DNA of 64,000 bases from contig CBFGVH010000002.1 in the NCBI GenBank assembly GCA_965652415.1, forward strand, positions 17,325 to 81,324, written 5' to 3'. The notes below the pieces were generated by a model that was given only the letters and a program-made list of their open reading frames with translations, did not search any database and was not told the origin of the DNA. Source of the DNA: an uncultured Gammaproteobacteria bacterium. Its GTDB lineage: Bacteria; Pseudomonadota; Gammaproteobacteria; Arenicellales; CAJQKF01. Below are positions 9,189 to 16,546 of this stretch, piece by piece. Made by a program: the position numbers and the translations under genes. Each line of letters opens with the position of its first letter. The stretch's first letter is position 1.

Positions 9189-12100
9189 TTGTCGCTGGCC
9201 GCGCCACGGTCAGGATACCGGAATACACAGCCCGGAACACCATCGGACCGGCCTGCACAGAAGCGCGTCACGAGTCGGGCAGAACAACGATCAACGAGGA
9301 GGCAGGGCATCGCCACTAACAGACAATGCCGCGCGTGCGGCACGGGCAACGCCTCGACGGCCAGGTTCTGTCACGCCTGCGGCGAGCAGCTTGACATCAA
9401 TCAATGCCCGAGCTGCGGGGCGAGCAATCCCCACGGTGCGAATTTCTGCGTCAACTGCGGGCGCAAGCTCATCGTGTCGAGCGTGGAATCGATTGCCGCC
9501 CCGACGTTCGGCGAGGCTGAGCGCGGGGCGTTGCTCGGCTTCGGTGAGCGCCGCCACCTGACCATCATGTTCTGTGACATGGTCGGCTCGACACACCTGT
9601 CGAGCGTGCTCGATCCGGAAGAACTGCAGAGCCTGATCAGCGCATTTCACGACCACTGCTCGCGCATCGTCGACCGCTACGGCGGCCGGGTATACCAGTA
9701 TCTCGGCGACGGCGCCCTGGTGTACTTCGGCTACCCGGTGGCCCACGAGAACGATGCCGAACGCACCGTGCTGGCCGCGCTGGAGATCCTCGAGTCCATC
9801 GACCAGGTCGGCACCGACGCCGGGCGCGCTGCCGCGGGACCGATCGAGGCTCGCATAGGCATCGCCACCGGGCTGACCGTTGTCGGCCAGCGCGGCGGCC
9901 AGGCCGGGTTCCTGTCCGGGGTCACGCCCAACCTGGCCAGCCGGCTGCAGGCCCTGGCAGACCCGAACACGGCGTGCGTCTCCGACGCCACCCGGCGGAT
10001 CGTTCCGGAGTTGTTCGAATTTCGCGATCTCGGGGAGCACCGGCTCAAGGGCCTCGGCGAACCGGTCCGGGTGTGGCAGGTGGTCGGTCCGCGCGAGTTC
10101 GAGACCCGTTTCGACGCGCTGAGCAGCGCGTCGCTGACGCCGATGGTCGACCGCAGCGACGAACTCGAGGAGATGCGACTGTACTGGGAGCGCGCCCGCA
10201 CCGGAGACGGCCAGGTCGTGGTTCTGAGCGGCGAGCCGGGCATCGGCAAGTCGCGCCTGGCGCGGGAGTTCCGCCGCCAGATCGAAGTCTCGCCGCACAT
10301 GTGGCTGCGCTACCAGTGCATCCCTCATCACGTCAACACCGCGTACCACCCGCTGATCCAGCAGCTCAGGATCTCGGCGCGGATATCGCCCGTCGACAGC
10401 CCGCGCCTGCAGTTCGCCAAGCTTCAGCGACTGTTCTCGGCGATCGGCGTCGACTCCGCCGATTTCCTGCCGCTGTACGCCAACATTCTTTCCATTCCGG
10501 ACCGCGACACCTATTCCGCCCCCGCCGCCAGTCCCGAGCAGGAGCAGCGCAAGGTGTTCGACAGCTTCATCCGGGTGATCAAGTCCCTTGCCCAGCGCTC
10601 GCCGCTCGTGGTCCTGTTCGAGGACGTCCACTGGATCGATCCGACGACGCTTCGCCTGCTCAACCGCCTCGTGGCCGAATGCCGCAATCTGCCGCTGTTG
10701 CTCCTGATCACGGCCCGGCCCGAGTTCGATCCTCCGTGGATCGGCAGCCCCCACGTGCGCAGCATCCAGATCGGCCGGCTTTCCGGCAACCATGCACGGG
10801 ACCTGATCGTGCGGCTGCGCGGCGGCTCGCTGATGCCCGACGGCGTGCTGGCGAACATCGTCGAGACCACCGACGGCGTGCCGCTGTTTCTCGAGGAAAT
10901 CGGCCACATGCTGATCGGGTCCTCGCGGCCGGCCGCCGGCGGGGCCGTCGTGAACGGCAACGGCTTCGCGGTGCCGATCCCGGAAACCTTGCAGGACTCC
11001 CTGGTGGCGCGGCTCGACCGACTCGGGGACCGCGCCAAGTCCCTGCTCCAGGTCGCCAGCGTCGTCGGCCGGGAATTTCCGCGAAGGCTTCTCGTCGGGG
11101 TGTCGCCGTACGATGCGGAAACCACCGACTCGACGATGAAACGCCTGGTCAATTCCGGTCTCGTACAGTCCGAGGGCCGCGACGACAATGTCCATTACCT
11201 GTTCAAGCACTCGCTGATCCAGGAAGCCGCCTACCAGAGCATCCTCAAGACCGCCCGGCCGACGCTGCATCGGCGCATCTGCGAAACCATCGAGGGCGAT
11301 CCCGCACTGGCGCAGAGCATGAGTCTCGAGTTCCTGGCCTACCACAGCCTCGAAGCCGGGATGCGCCGCAGGGGCATCGACTACCTGCGCCGCGCCGGCC
11401 AGAGCGCCAGCGAGCGCTCCGCCAGCCAGGAGGCGGTGCACCACCTGAACCGGGCCCTGGAGTTGCTCGCGCTCGAACCCGAGGGTTCCGAGCGCGATCG
11501 CGACGAGCTGCAGATCCTGGTCGTCCTCGGTCCCGTGCTGATGGCGACGGAGGGCAGCGGCTCGGCCAGGACCACCGATATCTATCGGCGGGCGATGGAG
11601 CTGTGTGCGACGCTTCCGGAATCGCCGGAGCATTTCGCCGCCTCCTGGGGCTGGTGGCGCATCCACATGAACATGAATTTCACCGAGGGCCGCAAGTGGG
11701 CCGATCGACTGGTGGATCTGGCCGGCCGCCTCGACGACCCCGGGTTGCTGCTGCAGGCGCATCACTGCCAGTGGGCGACGCTGTTCAACATCGGCGAGCA
11801 AGTGGAATGCCTGCAGCATGTCGATCTCGGCCTGCCCCTTTATGATCCCGCGTTCCACCACCGTCACGCCTCGCTTTACGGCGGCCACGACCCGCAGGTG
11901 TGCGGTCTGGGGGAGAGCGCCCTGTCCTGCTGGCTGCTGGGCCGTCCCGAGCAGGCGGCTCGCTGCATCGCCGATGCCCTTGCCGCGGCCGAGCGCCTCG
12001 GTCACATCGGCAGCACCGCGCATGCCATGGACATCACCCTGATGCTCGACCGCTACCGCGATGACCCGGCCGCGGTACTGGAACGGTCGACGTCGATGAT

Positions 12101-12659
12101 CCGCTTCGCCTACCAGCAGTCGCTGCCCGACTATCGCGCCAAGGGCGAATTCTTCACCGGCTGGGCCCACGGCAAGCTGGTCGACGCGCGCGAGGGTATC
12201 GGCAAGATGAAGCTCGGCATGGACACCCTGCTGGCCATCGGGACGCGCGAGGACTTCCCGGTCTACTTCGACATGCTCGCCGAGATCTACGGCATCCTCG
12301 GCGAGCCGCGCCAGGGGCTCGAGGCCATCGGGCAGGCGTTCGAGGAGGCCGATCGCAGCGGTCTGCACTACTGGGACGCGGAACTGCACCGACGACGCGG
12401 CGAGCTGACCCGCATGCTTGCCGACGCCGATCCCGCCGAGTTCGAAGAGTGTTTCCACCGCGCCCTGGAAGTCGCACGCGCCCAGCAGACGCTGGCGCTG
12501 GAACTGCGCGCCGCGCGCAGCCTGGCGAGGGTCCACTTCGACCGCGGCGCCAGGAAAGAGGCGCTGACTCTGCTGGAGCCGGTCTACGCCAGGTTTTCCG
12601 AAGGCCTGGCGACGAACGAGCTGGTGAGCGCCGCGTCCCTGCTCAGGTCCCTGTCGTGA
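9189..12659 (+). CDS. double zinc-ribbon / class III adenylate-guanylate cyclase / STAND (AAA_16) ATPase / TPR protein
   Basis: - Zinc ribbons: CRAC-x10-CHAC and CPSC-x10-CVNC.
- Cyclase core: RRHLTIMFCDMVGST, YLGDGALVYFGYP, ARIGIATG, GVTPNLASRLQ.
- Walker A GEPGIGKS at 10230-10253.
- Long helical/TPR C-terminus.
- No in-frame ATG precedes the zinc ribbon. The track start is TTG 9189. A strong GAGGAGG (9296-9302) lies 6 nt before an in-frame ATC at 9309. Confidence 0.85.
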   Translation: MSLAAPRSGYRNTQPGTPSDRPAQKRVTSRAEQRSTRRQGIATNRQCRACGTGNASTARFCHACGEQLDINQCPSCGASNPHGANFCVNCGRKLIVSSVESIAAPTFGEAERGALLGFGERRHLTIMFCDMVGSTHLSSVLDPEELQSLISAFHDHCSRIVDRYGGRVYQYLGDGALVYFGYPVAHENDAERTVLAALEILESIDQVGTDAGRAAAGPIEARIGIATGLTVVGQRGGQAGFLSGVTPNLASRLQALADPNTACVSDATRRIVPELFEFRDLGEHRLKGLGEPVRVWQVVGPREFETRFDALSSASLTPMVDRSDELEEMRLYWERARTGDGQVVVLSGEPGIGKSRLAREFRRQIEVSPHMWLRYQCIPHHVNTAYHPLIQQLRISARISPVDSPRLQFAKLQRLFSAIGVDSADFLPLYANILSIPDRDTYSAPAASPEQEQRKVFDSFIRVIKSLAQRSPLVVLFEDVHWIDPTTLRLLNRLVAECRNLPLLLLITARPEFDPPWIGSPHVRSIQIGRLSGNHARDLIVRLRGGSLMPDGVLANIVETTDGVPLFLEEIGHMLIGSSRPAAGGAVVNGNGFAVPIPETLQDSLVARLDRLGDRAKSLLQVASVVGREFPRRLLVGVSPYDAETTDSTMKRLVNSGLVQSEGRDDNVHYLFKHSLIQEAAYQSILKTARPTLHRRICETIEGDPALAQSMSLEFLAYHSLEAGMRRRGIDYLRRAGQSASERSASQEAVHHLNRALELLALEPEGSERDRDELQILVVLGPVLMATEGSGSARTTDIYRRAMELCATLPESPEHFAASWGWWRIHMNMNFTEGRKWADRLVDLAGRLDDPGLLLQAHHCQWATLFNIGEQVECLQHVDLGLPLYDPAFHHRHASLYGGHDPQVCGLGESALSCWLLGRPEQAARCIADALAAAERLGHIGSTAHAMDITLMLDRYRDDPAAVLERSTSMIRFAYQQSLPDYRAKGEFFTGWAHGKLVDAREGIGKMKLGMDTLLAIGTREDFPVYFDMLAEIYGILGEPRQGLEAIGQAFEEADRSGLHYWDAELHRRRGELTRMLADADPAEFEECFHRALEVARAQQTLALELRAARSLARVHFDRGARKEALTLLEPVYARFSEGLATNELVSAASLLRSLS

Positions 12660-13900
12660 CCGTCGCCGGGACATTACCCGGCGATGCGCGCAAGCGCTAC
12701 TTTCGGGGCACCCATCGCACCGTGGAGCCGTCGCGAACGTTGTCCGTGGTCGCCCCCTTCCTCGGGGAGATGGGGATCACCCGTGTCGCAAACGTCACCG
12801 GCCTGGACCGGATCGGCATTCCCGTGTACACCGTGTGCCGGCCCAATTCCCGCTCGATTTCCGTGTGCCAGGGCAAGGGACTGGACGCCGACGCGGCCAG
12901 GGTGTCGGGCGTGATGGAGGCGGTGGAAACCTGGCACGCCGAGAACATCGCCCTGCCCGTCAGGCTGGGCAGCCGCGACGAGCTCCAGCGCGAACTGCCG
13001 CTGGTCGACGTCGATCGGCTACCGAAGTCGGTCGAAGAGCTCTACCGGCCGGATCGCCCCCTGCCGTGGGTCCAGGGCCAACGCTGGCCGGACGGCGCGC
13101 CGCTGTACGTGCCATTGGAGATCGTCAGCGCCGACTACACCCTGCCGCGCCTTCCCGGCAGCGGCTGCTTCGCCGCCAGCACCAACGGCCTGGCCTCGGG
13201 CAACACCCTCGCCGAGGCGGTGGCCCATGGGCTCTACGAGGTGATCGAGCGCGACGCCTCGACACTCTGGAGCCTGTCACGACCGCGCGCCAGGCATGAG
13301 CGCGGCGTGGACCCGGCCACCATCGACGACGACGATTGCCGCGCACTGCTGGCTCGTTTCGAACAGGCGGGGCTCGAAGTGCGGACCTGGGACGTGACCT
13401 CGGATGTCGGTATCGCGGTTTTCCTCTGTCTCGTGTTCTCGCGCGAGGCCGACGCATCGGATCCCGAGTTCGGCTGCGGCGCCCATCCCGCGAGGGAGAT
13501 CGCCCTGGCGCGGGCCCTCACCGAGGCCGCCCAGGCGCGCACCACGTTCATCGCCGGCTCCCGCGACGACTTCGACCCGGCGCTCTACGGCCGCGAGGCC
13601 CGCACCCGCCGGCGCGCATACTGCCTTGGCGAGGCGGCCCGTCACCGGCCGCTGCGTGCGTTCGCCGACACCCCCACCCGCAACGCCGACTCGATCGAGT
13701 CGGATCTCAACCACGCCCGCGAACGCCTGGCTCGCGCCGGGATGGACACAATCGTGGTCGTCGACCTGACCCGGGAGCCCCCGGGGATTCCGGTGGTCAG
13801 GGTGATCGTGCCGGGACTGGAAGGTCCGCGCGACCATGACGGCGCCGACTACGTGCCAGGCGAACGTGCCCGGGCGGCCGTCGCGGATCTGCCGTTGTGA
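12656..13900 (+). CDS. YcaO-domain protein (TfuA-associated type)
   Basis: Motifs: KRYFRGTHRTV, ITRVANVTGLDRIGIPVY, SGVMEAVETWHAE (S-x3-E-x2-E), GLYEVIERDA, GCGAHPAREIALARALTEAAQARTTFIAGSRDD. GTG 12656-12658 overlaps the cyclase stop TGA 12657-12659. The track ORF from 12449 overlaps the cyclase and is not used. Confidence 0.88.
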   Translation: MTVAGTLPGDARKRYFRGTHRTVEPSRTLSVVAPFLGEMGITRVANVTGLDRIGIPVYTVCRPNSRSISVCQGKGLDADAARVSGVMEAVETWHAENIALPVRLGSRDELQRELPLVDVDRLPKSVEELYRPDRPLPWVQGQRWPDGAPLYVPLEIVSADYTLPRLPGSGCFAASTNGLASGNTLAEAVAHGLYEVIERDASTLWSLSRPRARHERGVDPATIDDDDCRALLARFEQAGLEVRTWDVTSDVGIAVFLCLVFSREADASDPEFGCGAHPAREIALARALTEAAQARTTFIAGSRDDFDPALYGREARTRRRAYCLGEAARHRPLRAFADTPTRNADSIESDLNHARERLARAGMDTIVVVDLTREPPGIPVVRVIVPGLEGPRDHDGADYVPGERARAAVADLPL

Positions 13901-15252
13901 ATGTCGCGATCTTCGCCGGGCCGACCATCGACGTCGCCGCCGTGACCGCGGCAATCGACGCCGTGGTACTGCCGCCGGTCCGCCAGGGCGACGTCTACCG
14001 CCTGGTCGAGGCGCACGCGCCGCGCATGATCGGCATCGTCGACGGCTACTTCCACCAGGTTCCCTCGGTATGGCACAAGGAGATCCTGTGGGCCCTGTCC
14101 CGCGGCGTCGCCGTGTTCGGCAGCGCCAGCATGGGCGCGCTGCGCGCCGCCGAGCTCGCGTCCTTCGGCATGGTCGGCGTCGGGGTCGTCTACGAGGCAT
14201 ACCGGGACGGCCGCTTCGCACCCTACAACGACGCTTTCGAGCACGACGACGAGGTGGCGGTGATGCACGGCCCGGCGGAACTCGGCTACCCCGCCGTGTC
14301 CGAGGCCCTGGTCAACATTCGAACCACTCTCGACCGGGCCGAACGCGAGTCGGTGATCGACCCCGGTCAACGCGACGCGCTCAAGGACCTCGCCAGGTCC
14401 ATGTACTATGCCGACCGCACGTGGGAGTCGCTGCTGCAGGCGGCGCAGACCTTCGGGCTCGCATGTCCGTACGACCGTCTGAGCTCCTGGCTCGCCGGCG
14501 GGCGCGTGAATCGCAAGAGGCTCGACGCCGAGGCCATGATCGCGGCGATGAAATCCGCCACGGAGTCGATGCCGCAGAAGCCGCGGTTCCATTTCGAGCA
14601 CACCGGCCAGTGGCAGCGGATGATCGAAGGCATCCATGCCCGAACCGAAGCGGCGAATCCCGCGCTCGTGGAACTCGCCCTTCGCGGCGACGACTATATC
14701 GTCTGCCGCCGCCGCGCGGTGCGGCGGCTGCTGGCGCTGGATTCACCGGGGCGCGACGATGATGCCCTCGCCGATATTCGCGCGGTCCTCGAGTTGGCGC
14801 ATCCGGAACGTTCGGCACGACAGCTGAACGACATCCACCGCGATCCTGACCGCGTCGATGACCTGCTCGGCCGGGAGTTGGCCGCCCGTACACTCGAGTC
14901 CTGGGTTCGCGGCATCCCGGCGGATGTCATCGAGCGGCACATGGCAGCCGAGCTTCGCGACGACGGCCGGCTCGAGGAACTTCAGCGGCGGGCGGCGCAA
15001 AAGCGCGAGGTGCTCGATACCCTCGGCAACCCCCTTGCCGCCGCGGCGCTGAGGGGCCCCGAGGACCTCCAGCTGCTGGACTGGTACTTCGGGCGTCGCC
15101 TTGGCGCGGAGCTGCCCGACGATCTCGGCGAACATGCCCGGACACACGGGTTCACCGACGCCGAGGCATTGATCCAGGCCGTGTTCGACGAGTATCTTTT
15201 CACATCGAAACAGGACGACACCGGCGCGAGGACGGCTGGCGATGCTGTTTAA
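13897..15252 (+). CDS. TfuA-like protein with a roughly 200-aa C-terminal extension
   Basis: The N-terminal half carries the TfuA core (VLPPVRQGDVYRL, MIGIVDGYFHQVPSVWHKEILWALSRGVAVFGSASMGALRAAELASFGMVGVG). GTG 13897-13899 overlaps the YcaO stop 13898-13900. Residues from about 240 to 451 match no family I recognise. Confidence 0.85.
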   Translation: MNVAIFAGPTIDVAAVTAAIDAVVLPPVRQGDVYRLVEAHAPRMIGIVDGYFHQVPSVWHKEILWALSRGVAVFGSASMGALRAAELASFGMVGVGVVYEAYRDGRFAPYNDAFEHDDEVAVMHGPAELGYPAVSEALVNIRTTLDRAERESVIDPGQRDALKDLARSMYYADRTWESLLQAAQTFGLACPYDRLSSWLAGGRVNRKRLDAEAMIAAMKSATESMPQKPRFHFEHTGQWQRMIEGIHARTEAANPALVELALRGDDYIVCRRRAVRRLLALDSPGRDDDALADIRAVLELAHPERSARQLNDIHRDPDRVDDLLGRELAARTLESWVRGIPADVIERHMAAELRDDGRLEELQRRAAQKREVLDTLGNPLAAAALRGPEDLQLLDWYFGRRLGAELPDDLGEHARTHGFTDAEALIQAVFDEYLFTSKQDDTGARTAGDAV

Positions 15253-16450
15253 CGGCCTGGCTTTCGAGGAGACCGGAACTCGTTTCCGGCTCTATCCCCA
15301 GTCCCCGGTGCTCGACGAGTTCGCCGAGCCGGAAACGGTTTGGGTGTCCACGGCGCCCTGGGAGATCGAGCCGGGTCCGGCAGACGCGCGCATGTACGTG
15401 GTCGATGCCGTCGGCAAGGACGAGCCCTACGCCTTTCCCGCCCTGCCGCCGTGGCAAGGTCGGCGCCATCCCGAAGTGACCGCGGGTCCCGACGGTCACT
15501 TCGATCACCTGGCGGCCGACAGCCGCGAGTTCCGAGCCGCCCACATGTACGGCGTCATGCGCATGGTGCTGGACATCTGGGAAGGCTACTTCCAGCGCCG
15601 GATCGGGTGGCACTTCCAGGACGTGCTGCCGCGGCTCGAGCTGATTCCGTGGCTGCGGTGGAACAACGCCCAGGCCGGGTTCGGGTTCATCGAGACCGGG
15701 TATCGACTCGGGCCGGGCGGCGAGCGGGTGCCGCTCAGCCTCAACTTCGACGTGCTCGCCCACGAACTCGGTCACAGCATCCTCTACTCGGAACTGGGCC
15801 TGCCGGCCGATGGCGAGGCGAGCGCCGAGTACGTGGCTTATCACGAGTCCGCCAGCGACCTCGTCGCCATCATCTCCGTGCTGCATTTCGATTCCATCGT
15901 CGACCTGCTGCTCGAGCGCACTCGCGGCAACCTGTACGTGCGAAACGTCCTCAATCGCATCGGAGAGACCTCGCCCACCGAGCAGCTGCGACTCGCCAGC
16001 AACCGGCTGCGCATGCGCGACGTTCCTGATCGCGCGTCGCCGCTGGCGGCACTGTCCCAGCGCCAGCGCCACTTGCTCGGCGAACCGGTCACGGGCGCGG
16101 TGTTCGACATTCTCGTGGAAGTTTTCCAGCAGATGCTGGTCGATGAGGGGCTGATCAGCGAACACCTCGACGCCATCTCCCGCCGCGACGCCTGCAGCCA
16201 CCGCCTGGGGCCCAGTCAGGCAGGGTTCGACCGCGCCTGGGCCCGCGCACCCGCGGCGTTTAAGCGCGTTCTCGGCGAGGCGCGGGATTACATGGGGCAG
16301 GTGCTTGCCCTGTCGTGGGAGGAACTGGGTTTCGACCTGACCTTCGTCGACGTCGGCCGCGCCCTGCTGCGGGCCGACCTCGAGCTGTCGGGCGGCCGGT
16401 TTCATCCGGAGATACTCCAGTCCCTGGTGTGGCGCGAGATCGGAGAATGA
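15242..16450 (+). CDS. cytoplasmic zinc metalloprotease-like protein (HExxH...ExxxD, thermolysin/M4-like gluzincin motif)
   Basis: HELGH at 15761-15775, followed 23 residues later by HESASD (compare NEAxSD of M4). No signal peptide. The ATG overlaps the TfuA 3' end by 11 nt. GAGGA SD lies upstream. Confidence 0.65.
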   Translation: MLFNGLAFEETGTRFRLYPQSPVLDEFAEPETVWVSTAPWEIEPGPADARMYVVDAVGKDEPYAFPALPPWQGRRHPEVTAGPDGHFDHLAADSREFRAAHMYGVMRMVLDIWEGYFQRRIGWHFQDVLPRLELIPWLRWNNAQAGFGFIETGYRLGPGGERVPLSLNFDVLAHELGHSILYSELGLPADGEASAEYVAYHESASDLVAIISVLHFDSIVDLLLERTRGNLYVRNVLNRIGETSPTEQLRLASNRLRMRDVPDRASPLAALSQRQRHLLGEPVTGAVFDILVEVFQQMLVDEGLISEHLDAISRRDACSHRLGPSQAGFDRAWARAPAAFKRVLGEARDYMGQVLALSWEELGFDLTFVDVGRALLRADLELSGGRFHPEILQSLVWREIGE

Positions 16451-16546
16451 CGACCCCGCGCGCATCTGGACAACGCGTGCGGGCTGAACTAACCTGTCGA
16501 CCACGCGACGAATGACCGCGGCGCCCCACGCCGCAGAGGTGGAAGA

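Noticed and set aside
9291-12674. 1127-aa minus-strand ORF spanning the whole cyclase-STAND gene.
   Set aside because: It is the antisense mirror of a gene with clear domain motifs. Its product is Arg/Gly/Ala/Pro-rich low-complexity sequence with no motif. Such ORFs are expected in GC-rich DNA, where antisense stop codons are rare.
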